Source of the DNA: Proteromonas lacertae
Lineage: Eukaryota
Assembly (NCBI GenBank): GCA_002245135.1
Contig: NGBS01000014.1
Span: 123,128-143,127, forward strand
DNA: 20,000 nucleotides
Reading direction: 5' to 3'
The stretch's first letter is position 1. Every line of letters begins with the position of its first letter. This document shows, piece after piece, positions 1-12,312 of this stretch. The notes under the pieces were generated by a model. That model saw only the letters and a list, made by a program, of their open reading frames with translations. It searched no databases and had not been told where the DNA came from. Both the position numbers and the translations under genes were made by a program.

Positions 1-2014
1 TGAAATAATTGCATTATCCTCTCCAATGCCATTATAATTAATTGTATCAACTATTATTATCGATTCTGTTATTCTTTTAATATCTTTAATTTTCATTTCA
101 CTTTTCACTAGAGTATAATCATTTTTACTCTCATCATATTTAAATTCATAAATTCTTTCATCAATAAAAGATCCATTCTTCTTCCCTTTCATCACATATA
201 TTGGTCTATTCCAGTCAACTTCAAATATGTAGTGATTAAATCCAAATATATTCTCTGTGTATTCTTCAATTCCTTTTTTTCTTAATACTTCAATCTTGTT
301 TTGAATTAATTTTGACAAATTTCTCATTTCTTCTATTCTATCATTAGGTTTTTTAATTTCATCTATTTCCTTTTGTTTTTCAATAATCTTCTTTCCATTT
401 ACTTCTTTTTCTAATAATATTTTATTAATCTCATTTAATTTATCTAATATTATACTTATCAATGCATATCCAACCATTGTCATATCCTTGTATTGATTTT
501 TATTTAATGTATTAAGTCTATCATCTTCATTCATAATGTAACAACAATATTCATCTAATTTTTCTATATCTTTAGTAATATTTTTTGAAGAAAGGAATTC
601 ACTAAGTCTTCCTGATGGTAATAATAATTCTTTAATTTCGTTTAATTTTTGTATAATCTTACCATTACAATGTTTTATAACTCTATTGTTATCGTTATTC
701 AAACTATTCATAATGTTATCACATTCAGTTTTATTCACATTGATGAATTTATAATATCCAAATTTATCTTCTGTTATGTTTTTCATATCTTCACAAATAT
801 TTTTTACTTTTCTAACATCTTCATCTTTTATTATCTTTTCATTGTTTTCTTTTGTTAACTTTTCAATTTCTTCTTTCAATTCTTCTATTTTTACTTCAAT
901 TTCTTTATCATATTTTGTTATTATTTCATCCATTACAACCATTTCATCTTTATATCCAGCAATCTTTAAGTAATTCTTCTGCTCTTCAGTATATTCTTTA
1001 CATAAATTTGTCTTTAAAAAGTATAATAATGCATAAATGAAGGAAGTCTTTCCTATACCTGGTTGTCCTTCTATTGTTATATTCTGATGAAGATTTTCTG
1101 ATAATAATAAACAAATATGTCTAAACATTTGTTTATAACATTCTCTAATAAGAATTCTCTTTCTGGGGAATTGAAATACATTTACAGATTCATCAAACTC
1201 TAACAACTCTATACCATTATCTACACTTAATTTTAAAGAATTTACTATTCTGATGAAAGCATCTTCTTTATTTATATCAACACCTGCTAATGGAAAAGAA
1301 ATTGGAATATTTGTATTTCTCGAAAATAATCCACCACCTGTATTGTTTGGGAATAATCTACCTCCTGTATTACCACCAAATTGATTATTATTGTTATTTT
1401 GGCCAAATAAACCACCATTTGTATTGTTTGACATTAATCCAACACTTGTATTGTTTGACAATAAATCGCCACTTCTATCACCACCTTTGTCACTATCTAG
1501 AAATAAACGATTTACGATATGCTGTAATTCATTCTCACTTAACTGTAGACTCTTTGACCTTTTGCGTACCTGAGTAGAAATATATCCACTCTTTTCTTCT
1601 TTGCATTTTCCACTACATACATTTACACTTCTTTCTCTTTTACTTGAAATATCTGACCTATAAACAATATAATACTATATATTTACTTTGCTTCTACTTG
1701 AGGAAGATTCTTACCAAATATTTTACCCTCATTCATCTTTGATACATCATTAACAGAAGAAGGAAGTGGTGGAACTGGGTTTGAACTTACACTTGGTGGT
1801 TGATTACAACAACTCTCATCATTCTTCTCATACAATAAAACATCTACTTTTTTTACAACTGTAACTGCAGGAATTTGCCTATAAACATTACAACATTTAA
1901 TATTTACCCAGTTTGTGAATTATCAAGATATATTTCACCCTCATCGATCTTTGACTCTTCATTCTTTGGTCTATGGCGGTTTTTATTAAGCTTTGATGCT
2001 TTATTTTTATTCAT
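1..2014 (-). CDS. Crinkler/RHS-like P-loop NTPase protein; 3 exons seen (2014-1908, 1878-1687, 1657-<1), 3' end outside window
   Basis: Manual translation: ATG at 2014, two 29-nt GT-AG introns (1879-1907, 1658-1686), then a stop-free frame to base 1 (not in the ORF track). Contains ILIRECYKQM...ITIEGQPGIGKTSFIYALLY (Walker A at 1045-1068, context typical of CR-NTPases), a long helical/coiled-coil region, and IIIVD (candidate Walker B) near 46-60. Confidence 0.7.
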
Positions 2015-2480
2015 AATAAATTTGAATGAATCAAGCCAATTAAATCAATCAAGCCATCCAATCAAATCTCTTTAAAATTATTCATTTTGTTTATGTATTG
2101 CAATTATAAAGAATATTAAAGAAATAATTAGTCAATCAATGTGTTATGTTATTGTATTTATGATATTATAATTAGTTTTATAATCACTTGAATTGTGTGA
2201 TTAGTCATTTCTATTATTTTTTGATATACTGATGATTATATCCAGAACTAGCAATATATGATAAGAATTGTTATATCGTTTTTCTGTATTAAGTAAAAAT
2301 GTCAAACAACACTCTATATTCAAACTATATGTTATTTTCTTAAATAAATATCTTTCAAGGTTGAAACTACCCTTATTAGTTTATCATTTTCTAGTTTAAA
2401 ATTTGTCATTTGAGAAATTGTTTATTTCAGTGGTTTTTTGATAAAATATAATATAAAAATAATTTAAAGATAATTTCTAT

Positions 2481-4758
2481 TTAATTATTTCTTATCCAAA
2501 TTATCTTCTTTTTATCATTTTCTTCTTCAATAAATCTTTCATCTTCAAATACCATCTGTTTCACACTTGGCCATACTATTCTTACCACCATCAATGGAAG
2601 TGATAATTCTTGAGCTGCTTTATGTTGTAGAATATTGATACTTCTGGAATTCTTTCTAGAAGGTGATATTCCATTTGATGCTCTCATATCAAATGAATTG
2701 ATTATTATATTTGATATTTTATCAGCATACATACATTTTAATATTCCATCTCTTATCAATTTCAATATGAATAAAATGAATGTAATTGCTATTATTGAAA
2801 TCTATATGAAATATAAACATAAAATCTATTTTATTATTATTATTATACAAACACTATATTGAAATGTTCTTTTATTGGTTCAGGAACATATTGTGAAGTG
2901 AATTGATCAAAATATTTATATAATTTCTTAAAGTATTCCAAATTGATTGTTGGAGTATTATTATAACCAGGATAAATGATAGTTGAATAATATATTAAAT
3001 ATATCATCGCAGCTAATCCCATTGAACCAATTATTATACTATTTATATATATAATTAAATAAATAGAATATATTATATATACGTTATTATTTTTGTAGTG
3101 TTTGAAGGATCATTTATTCTGCTCGTAGTTGAACTTTTTCTTTTTCCTTTGCTAGACATTGATGAAGATCTTCTCTTTCTAACAATGCCATTACTACTTC
3201 TTCTATTACTACTAATATTTTGATTGGAATTACTTCTATCAAAAGTTAATGGTTGTTGATATAAAGATTCATCAGTAATAGAGATATTACTTCTGTTTAA
3301 CTTTACAGCTGATGATATTGACACTCTTTCATTACTTTGTCTAGTAACATTATCATTATATTGTTGTTGTTGATAAAATGGTGATTGTTGTTGCTGTTCT
3401 ATACTATGATGAATTGATTCTTCTTCTTCATTATTATTATTATTATTTAATGGAATAAACTGAGATATTGATGAAGATGGAGTAGTTGAAGTTTTACTTC
3501 TTTTACTTCTATTACTTTCTTCATCTAATTCATCACCATTTCTGGATCTTTTACTACTGCTTTTATTCATTGAAGTATTATTGGAATTAATAATATAAGG
3601 AGTAGTTCTATTAGAGATAGGTGTAACAGATGAAGGAGGAGTTGTTTTAAATGAATTATTATTATCATCATTTGAAGATGATATTTTTCTTCTTTTTGTA
3701 TTTGAACTATTTATACTGTCTCTATTATATGATAATGAGGATGTTGGATAATTTTCATTTTCACTTTCACTTTCATTATCACTTTCTCCATCATTACTAT
3801 CAGCAGTTGTAGAAGTTGTTGTTCCTCCTGTTGATGATTCTAATGATGATCTTGATGATTTTATTGATTGTCTCTTATTATTATAATTGCTATATTCAAG
3901 TGATGAATCTTCTAAAGAATCATCAGATGGAATATATCTTTTGATTTGTCTTTTTACTGGTTTTACTTCTTCTTTTTCTTCTTTTTCTTCCTCCTCCTCT
4001 TGTTGTTGTTGTTGTAATCTTTGTTTTGCCAATTGGTTAGTCTTTTGTGCTTGTTTTTGAAGTTCTGATATTCGTTTTTGTTGTTTAATCACTGCTTCTT
4101 CTTCAGATAATACATTTTTATTCATTCTATCATCATCATCTTCTTCTTCTTCTTCAGATAATTGTTGTTTCTTTTGTAATAACTTTTGTTTTGCAATTTC
4201 ATTGGTTTTTTGTGCTTGTTTTTGTAATTCGGATATTTGTCTTTGTTTTTTAATTGTTTCTTCTTCTGATATAATTTGTCTATTACTGTCTTGAAGTTTT
4301 CTTTGAGATACAATTGTTCTACGTCTTTCTTTTGGTTCTTCTTCTTCTTCTTCTTCACTTTCTCCACTTTCACTTTCTTCTTCTCCTTCTCCACTCACTT
4401 CTTCTTCTTCTTCTGAAGTTTCTTCATCCTCATCCTCATCTTCATCTTCACTCTCTTCTTTCTTTACATATTTTGGAACAATAGGGCTTTTACTCATTAT
4501 AGGAGTTGAATGCGAGGTAGTAGTTGATGTTTTTGAGATTGGAACTGAAACTTTAGAGGAACTAGAAGCAATTCTGGTCGGAGTGGTTTTTGTTCTTCCT
4601 TTCGGCACTACTTCATTTGGTTGAACATCGCTTATTCTTTTAATTGAAAGAGATGTTTGTTTCAAAGGAGTAGTCTTAACAAATTCTGCTCTTTCGAGTT
4701 GTCTTTGTCTGATTTTTTCTCGAGCAGCTTTAAGTGCTTCTGTTAATTTATCCTGCAT
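2481..4758 (-). CDS. MAN1/Src1(Heh)-like inner nuclear membrane protein: long disordered N-terminus, two TM helices, MSC-like C-terminal domain
   Basis: The 561-aa ORF splices via intron 3039-3082 into TIIIGSMGLAAMIYLIYY (TM1). A second intron ending at 2802 (donor ~2847 or ~2853) leads into ISIIAITFILFILK (TM2) and the 94-aa ORF, which ends VWPSVKQMVFEDERFIEEENDKKKIIW, resembling the Man1-Src1 C-terminal W..V...V..D.R....W pattern. Basic NLS-like stretches precede TM1. Confidence 0.6.
3985..4275 (-). repeat. Intragenic tandem duplication (~55 aa unit, 2 copies)
   Basis: SEEETIKKQRQISELQKQAQKTNEIAKQKL vs SEEEAVIKQQKRISELQKQAQKTNQLAKQRL; DNA ttttgtgcttgtttttg occurs in both copies. Confidence 0.85.
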
Positions 4759-4882
4759 GAGTATTTAAGAATGAAAAAATCAAATTTAAATTTTGAAACG
4801 AATGAAATTATTTTATTTTTGGAATGAAATAAAAATAGAAGGATCTAAAATTCAAATGAATTACGTTATAATCATATTTAAT

Positions 4883-5889
4883 TTAAAGTGATTCTGATAA
4901 TACAAATTTAACTCCATTCTCTTCAAACTTTTGTTTAATCATTCCTGGATCTTGTAAAAATCCACTTCCAAATTGACCAACACCTGAAATATGTGCAGCT
5001 CGTGCAGCATCTCTCACAACATACACTTTTTCATAGCCAGCGCATCTATATTCAAAATAGTTAATTAAATCAATACGAAGCATTAATTGCAGTATCCAAT
5101 ACACAATAATCCAAAGCTAATCCACACACAAATATCTTTCTATTTCTATAATCAAAGGCACTTGTTCCAATCACCTCTTTTAATGGTTTCTTTCTTAAAA
5201 CAGCCATAATATCAGGTGGAGCATTTATATTTGCATCTAAATTAGATGTCTTCAATTCATAAGACCCAGTCCATGGTACAGTACATGATAGACTTTCACC
5301 TCTATGTGATAATCGACTATCAGCATATTCTTGGTTGTATTGGAAAGAGCCGAAAGAATCAATATCTTCTAAAAAGCCTTTGAATACGATGTGAACTCTA
5401 TCTGGAGCATCTTTAAAAGCAGAAGTTAATGCATCACTAATTGGTGGATAAAACTATAGCATTATGTTATAAAAAAACAAAAATATACTTCTGAACCTTC
5501 ACTTCCTTCAACACAATGAGGTGGGAATGGTCCTCCTTCAGTAGAAAATGAAACATGGTCAATTGGATGATAATCTCTTGTTGCAATAATGGTTCCACCC
5601 ATTTTAACGAATTTATTGATTAATGGAATAATTGCTTTAGCAGCATTTGCTCCATCCTATATTTTTTACATAATGACGACTAATATAGAAAATACATCAA
5701 CTCCAAATCTTCCTCCTTTTGGAGCATCAGCTGCAGGTAAGAAATCGTTCTGCATATCAACTACTATCAAAATATCGTCAGAATTAACCTTATCTACAGT
5801 TGAATCATTCAATCCTACTTCTTGAAGTAGTTGCTCATATTCTTTGTATAGTTCTAAAAGATATATTCAGAGATTGCAATACCAGACAT
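4883..5889 (-). CDS. pncA: Nicotinamidase/pyrazinamidase (isochorismatase-family cysteine hydrolase), 5 exons
   Basis: ATG at 5889 with four short GT-AG introns (first 5854-5882). Spliced product has LIVVDMQNDF, TRDYHPIDHVSF, FPPHCVEGSEG, IVFKG and FVCGLALDYCVLDTA: the D-K-C catalytic triad plus D-H-H metal ligands. Confidence 0.9.
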
Positions 5890-5978
5890 TTTTAAAAGAA
5901 AGTCCGTTACACAATTATATGTAAATTACACACATTAATAAGTAAATATTACATTCATTTATTCTCTTCGTTTTAAAA
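5890..5978. promoter_or_regulatory. 89-bp divergent intergenic region (putative bidirectional promoter)
   Basis: The nicotinamidase ATG (5889, minus) and the ABCC ATG (5979, plus) are head-to-head, 89 bp apart. Confidence 0.5.
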
Positions 5979-8900
5979 ATGTCTTTATTGGAAGAAAAAA
6001 TCAAAAATGCCAGAAGGAGTCCTGAGTATGATGCAAGACCTATTTCACAATTGACTTTTTCTTGGATGGATAGTCTCTTTATCAAAGGAAGAAAGCAAAT
6101 TCTGGAAATTGAGGATATATACACTTTAGGAGAAGATAGAAATCCAGGTATGGAATGCAATGCATTTATATATTTATAGGAGTATATCGTGACAAGTTCC
6201 TAGAAATCAAAAGCAAACGGTTTGAACAAGGCAAATCCTTCTCCTCCTTTTGGGTATACAATAGTGAATAACCTATATTATAGACTTTTTTTAACATTGT
6301 GAAATGGAGGTATTTGTTAGGTGTATTTCTGCATGCAACCGAAGTAATTCTAATGGCTGCATCACCTCTCTTAACTTACGAATATTTATCGTATGTAGAA
6401 GCCCTTACATTTGTTGATGCTCCATTATGGTATGGAATAGCCTTGGTACTTGGATTTGTTGGTTTGTTGATTATAATGTTATTCATAGAAGTAACATTTT
6501 ACAATATAATCATCACTACACAGCTTAATATTCGATCAAGTGTAGTATCAGCAGTATATGAGAAATGCCAAAAGATTAGAGAGATTGAAAACATAGGTGA
6601 AACGGTAAATTACATTAATATTGACTGTAAAAGATTAGAAGAGTTCTTTTTATATAGTACTGACATAATCTATTGTGTTGTGACAAGCGTTATGTATATA
6701 TATATTTATATAATTATAATTATTTATTAAAATATAAATAGAACAATTATTCAATTGTATTTCTTCTTAGGATGGACTTGCTTTGTTGGTGCTGGAATTA
6801 TAATAGGCTTGATGTTAAGTCAAATCATCTTCGCAAAATGGATAGAATATTTCCGAAAGAAGTTGATGGATACTTTAGATAAAAGAGTCAAAATAACAAG
6901 TGAATTTCTAGAAGGAATAAAAATCATTAAATTATATCACTGGGAGTTTAATTTCACTGAAAAAATAAACAACTTTAGAAAGATTGAATTAAAGCAATTA
7001 AGAAACTTTTTATATGTTGGAATTATATCATCTTTGACTGTTGATTTAATCCCCTCATTAGCTATCTTTGGTACATTGTTTATTTATTCATATGTTGGTG
7101 GAATTATGAAAGCTTCTATTATTTTTACTACACTCAGTGTATATATTATTTATATTATTTATTTTGAAATAGTTATTTGGCAATTTACGTAGTGCATTAT
7201 GGTCAGTACCAGGATTGTTGCAGTTATTAATAAATTCAAAAATATCATTTGATCGAATAACAAAGTTTATGGATGAACCAGAAATTGAACCTTCACATAA
7301 AGAACTTGGAGTATAATATTATATATAGATTTATATTTTATTTATTTAGTTTACCTCTGATCATGCAATTATAATGAAAGACGCAACATTTACATATCAT
7401 AAGAAATCGAAAGAAGGAGAGCAATATATTGAACTAGAAAACATCAATTTGAAAATACCAAAGAATTCATTAACAGCTGTAATTGGACCAATTGGATCAG
7501 GTAAAACTACATTTATTCATGCATTATTAGATGAATTGTATTTACAAAAAGTATATATTTAATTATATTGAGAATATATAGGGTGAGTTTTATAGAATGG
7601 AAGATATATCCTATTGTTCTCAAACTTCATGGATTTTAAATGACACAATTCGAAACAATATAATCCTCTCATCCCCATTTAATGAAGTGACTTACAGTAT
7701 GGTATTAAAAGTAAGCCAATTGGAGACAGATTTAGCAGCTTTAAAAGATGGAGATTCTACTGAAATTGGTACAAAAGGAATTAACCTATCAGGAGGTCAA
7801 AAGCAAAGATTAAGTTTAGCAAGGGCTTTATACAATACAATGAACGATATCTATATATTTGATGATATTCTAAGTGCAATTGATGTGAATATAGGTAATA
7901 AAATATTCAAAGATTGTTTAAGAAAGTTTTTAAAGGATAAAACAAGGATATTTGTCACTCATCAAATCCAATTCTTATCACAATGTGATCATTTTATTAC
8001 AATGCAAAATAAAGATGGAAAAATGAAATGCACTTATTATGATAGTTACTCTGATCTAGTAGCAAGTGGAATTAACTTGGATGAGTTTATCAACCAAAAA
8101 TTAGAAAGAAAAAGTAGTGAAAGATTAAGTGAAATTGATATGAGTGAAGATGGTAGTAAAAAAGATTCAATTTATAATGAAAGTGCTGGTAAACTAATAG
8201 AAAATGAAGAACGAGAAACTGGATATGTAAAATTACCAATCTATCAATCCTATATTCAGAAAGGTGGAAATATATTATTTTCTATTTTTGTAATGTTTTT
8301 CTTTTTATCACAAATGGCTGATTTGTGTCAAGTTTTCTTTATTTCTTATTGGACTGATAATGTTGATACAATTACTGGAGTTACTAAGATTCATAATAAT
8401 CAATGGTTTTTGAATATCATTTTAGTATTTGAATTAGGAATCATTCTATTCTTATATGTATATAATATATATATAATGTTTTAAAAATAGATGCGTTTCA
8501 TATTTGGAAATGAATTTTTATTGAAAACATCTAAGAAGTATCATAATGAATTAGTTGAACATATATCAAAAGCTCCTCAACATTTTTTTGATCAAAATCC
8601 TACAGGAAGAATATTGGTGTATTATTTAAATATATATATATGTATTTATATTTATTTATTTATTTAGTCGATTTACTACTGATATTGATGCTGTTGATAA
8701 TACCATTGTTGATTCATTTTCTACAGTTATTCAAGCATTATTGATGATTTTGACTGGAATATTACCTATTATTGTCATATCTTTTATATAGAAATAATCA
8801 TTTTTTATATTTTCTTTAACTATGTTTTAAGCTGCTCCTTGGTTTACAGTGACTGTTCCATTTATAGCATATATCTATGTCAAAATAATGAATGTATTTA

Positions 8901-10321
8901 TAATTATATAATATTATCATTTTATTAGTATTACCGTTCAACATCAAGAGAATTAAAGCGACTTGATTCTTTAACCAAATCTCCAATGATAAACTATTTC
9001 AATGATATTTTGAGTGGTTTATCAACAATCAGAGCAATGCATCAAATAAAGAATATTGAACACTCATTATATAATAAGATTATGTTATCTGTTAATTCTT
9101 ATTATACATTGAAAGCTGGTGATAGATGGTTACAGGTAAGATTGGAATTATTAGCAACAGCTGTATAATTATATATATATATTATTATTATTATTTATGG
9201 TTATAGATACAATTCATTGGTTTAACATTTACTTTATTTGCTGCAAGAGCAGGTACATTATCTGCTGGAGTATTAGGTTGTGCAATTACATTCGCTAGTT
9301 CAATAAGTTGTATATTATTATTATTATTTATTATTTATTATAAATAGATGCCTTTGTTGCTTTAGTTAGAGGATTTTCCAACTTAGAGAATGCTATGAAC
9401 AGCATTGAAAGAATCAAATATTATAGTGAAACTATTGATCAAGAATCTGACACTATAAAATCAGAAGTAATTCCACCATCAAATTGGCCTGATAGTATAT
9501 ATATAATATCAATTTATGATTATTTTAATAGAAGGAGATATTGAATATAAAGATGTAAGTGTAAGGTATAGAAAAGATTGTCCAACAATATTAAATGATT
9601 TCAATATTAAATTTGAAGGAGGAAAGAAAATAGGAATAGTAGGAAGAACAGGAAGTGGTAAAAGCACTTTACTATTGTCAATGGAAAGAATCATAGAAAT
9701 AGAAAAAGGACAAATAGTAATAGATGGAATTGATATACAAGCAATTAAACTAGGTACTTTGAGAAGTAATATATCAATAATTCCACAAGATCCATTCTTA
9801 TTTGATGGTACAATTAGAGAAAATATTGATCCATTAAAGAAATATAATGATGCTGAAATATGGAAGATATTAGAAAAAGTGAAATTGAATGATAAAATAA
9901 AGAATTTACCTAAGCAATTAGAGTATATTTAAATATATTATTATATTAGTGAAGTAATGAATGAAGGAATTACATTCAGTTTAGGTGAGAAGCAGTTAAT
10001 ATGTGTATGTAGAATATTATTAAGACCATCAAAAATCATATTATTAGATGAAGCAACAGCCAGTATCGATTATGAAACTGATAAATTAGTTCAAGAGCTG
10101 TTATATAGTGAATTTCCCAATTGTACATTGGTAATTATCGCTCATCGTATTCAGACTATTAGAAAGTGTGATAAAGTAGCTGTTATTGGCGAAGGAAAGT
10201 TAATGGAATATGATTCACCTGAAAACTTGATTAGAATGGGTGGAGAATTTGCGTATGATTATTTTATTTATTTATTTCATTTAGAAAATTATGGAAAGAA
10301 AGCTCATCTGTCTTAAAATAG
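5979..10321 (+). CDS. ABC transporter subfamily C (MRP-like, TMD-NBD-TMD-NBD), about 15 short introns
   Basis: Lasso motif SQLTFSWMDSLFIKG; NBD1 GPIGSGKT / LSGGQKQRLSLARA / IYIFDD; TMD2 FFDQNPTGRIL and RELKRLDS; NBD2 GRTGSGKS / FSLGEKQL / ILLDEATAS / IAHR. The last intron (10253-10284) gives AKLWKESSSVLK, then TAG at 10319-10321. Confidence 0.95.
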
Positions 10322-10436
10322 ACAATATTCTCAAAATTAACGCAATTTTTCTTTTCTTTTTGTTTTTCTGATGTTCATTAATAATCAAAATATAATATTG
10401 AAATTACATTTATGTATTTACTAAATATCCATCTAT

Positions 10437-10998
10437 TTAAACTAATCTTTCTGTATTTGCACTTTCACTCATTCTTTCTACATTATAATGTTTATATATT
10501 ACTAAAGTGCTGAAATACTATTTATAATACATATAAATAATCAGAACATATACTGTAATAATCAATGATAGAAAGAATAATCCACATCCTAAGAAATACA
10601 TATGCTTCTTTATTCCAGTGTAAATACAAAGTCCAACAAATACAGCATAAATAGTAGCTCTCATTCCGATCAATATACGATACTATGCGTATATATTTTG
10701 TTGAAATTATACTGATAATATGATAATTTTTGGTTGTATATCAAAATTGAAAAACATCATTACAAATTGAATAAGTAAAATACCACATGATATTAAAGCA
10801 TAGTTTGCATAGAAAATGGAAGAAACTGTTGTAGAACTCTAAATTATTAATATAAAATATTTGATATACCAATTCTAACAAATATAGTATAATAAGATTT
10901 CTTTTAGTCTTAAAAGTAAGATGATTTTGATTGAATAAACTGGCATCACCTAATATTGGTGCATTTTCAGAATTATAATTTTGATCTATATGGTTCAT
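10437..10998 (-). CDS. Small hypothetical multi-pass membrane protein (~155 aa, about 4 TM), 4 exons
   Basis: ATG at 10998. Three ~30-36-nt GT-AG introns join hydrophobic segments (LIILYLLELSSTTVSSIF, YALISCGILLIQFVMMFF, ILIGMRATIYAVFVGLCIY, FLGCGLFFLSLIITYFSTLVIY); TAA at 10437-10439. Confidence 0.65.
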
Positions 10999-11120
10999 AT
11001 ATTATTTAATTGCTGTTATATGGATTTATAAGAATTTCTAATTTACTGGCTTGATGTCTGTTTGATCATTCAAAGTTTTCTTTTTTATTTTTTATAACAG
11101 TTTTATAGTTTTCTTCCTAT

Positions 11121-11674
11121 ATGATAATGTCAAGTATATTTCACAGTAATATTGTTTCTATTAGATATATGGTTTAGGAATATTGCAATTAGTTTGTTAA
11201 TCTCAACTCCACTTTTTATCGCATATAAATATTATTCATGGAAAAAGAAAATCAGAAATAAGCTGAATCAATTGTATGAAAAATCTGAAGAAGAAACACA
11301 TACAAGAAGGATATCTTGGCTTCTCCAGATTCAGATAGAAATAGATAGAAAAAGAACACATGATGCAAATGCTATTGCAAATAACCTTGATTGCATACAA
11401 ATTAAACTTCATTTTAACGATTTTTCTAATCCTTATATGTATAACTATGTTGATATTTAAAAATAGATACTATTGGGATGCTCATGGAGTATGTCAAAAA
11501 TGGCCCGGTAAGAAGATGGTAAAGAAAGCAGATAATTCTTATGTTTATGAAATTAATGATACAAAATATTGTAATTTATTAGTTCATGATAATTTTGATA
11601 GAACGCCGATATTAGAGATATCTAAATCTGGTGATTATTGGATAGAAAATGGGAAGTTAATAACTAAACATTAA
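11121..11674 (+). CDS. Membrane-anchored protein with C-terminal CBM26-like starch-binding domain, 3 exons
   Basis: ATG at 11121, introns 11134-11164 (31 nt) and 11439-11466 (28 nt). Product: N-terminal TM (IAISLLISTPLFIAY), a helical linker, then IKLHFNDFSNPYIYYWD...KWPGKKM...YVYEI...CNLLVHD...GDYWIENG, matching the CBM26 pattern from memory. Confidence 0.7.
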
Positions 11675-12128
11675 TTTATATATTTATATATAATTCAGGG
11701 TTGTATAAATCGGTTTGAGTAGGGAGGTCTGGCTGAAACTATCGGTTTGGTCTTGACCTTCTGTTGGTCAAACATATAAATTACTATAAAATACAGGATT
11801 CTACTTCGTCCTTATATTTTGCTTTTATATTTTGAGTTAGTATTGTCATATAAAATAGTAATGATATAATTTCTAAATCTATTTCTGTTTTATTCTTATA
11901 TTTACTTCTGCGCAATAAGTCGTTATTCATTATGGTTTTTATTACATATATTCTTCTAATTTCTCTAAAATTATAGCTAATATCAATTATCATTTTCCTC
12001 TTCTATTTTCACTTCTTATCAAATATTAATTGATATTTTCTTTTATTATTCAATATAATTTGACATAGACATATTTAACTAATGTGTCTAACATTATCAG
12101 AAGTTTAATTAAGTAGTAAATGAAAGAA

Positions 12129-12160
12129 AGGTGGTTATGTATACCTATACATAACCCCCT
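12129..12160. repeat. Subterminal palindrome/hairpin
   Basis: GGTTATGTATA-CC-TATACATAACC is a perfect 11-bp inverted repeat (12133-12156), extendable by AGG/CCT after one mismatch. Confidence 0.85.
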
Positions 12161-12312
12161 ATTGATTTTTCACCCTTAGAAACGTTTTGAATGCATAATA
12201 AATATATCAATCGATTTCTCTATTTATGCTGGGCTCATATATTCCCTTAGTTTGACTTTCTGATCATAATCGAAATTTAATTTTCTTAAAAAAATTCAAA
12301 AAACAATGATAG

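Noticed and set aside
649..2075. Six short plus-strand ORFs (60-95 aa)
   Set aside because: Antisense shadows of the minus-strand NTPase gene, with F/I/S-biased composition.
4122..4394. 90-aa Lys-rich minus-strand ORF
   Set aside because: Alternative frame of the GAA-rich acidic tract in the 561-aa exon.
5589..6160. ORFs 5589-5825 (+) and 5915-6160 (-)
   Set aside because: Antisense to the nicotinamidase and ABCC exons respectively.
2400..11700. Blastocystis-type stop codons created by polyadenylation (TGTTTGTT motif)
   Set aside because: All complete host genes here have genomically encoded stops, and I did not see the motif at their ends.
11784..11993. 69-aa minus-strand ORF
   Set aside because: Very AT-rich with no motif; could be a chance ORF or transposon remnant.
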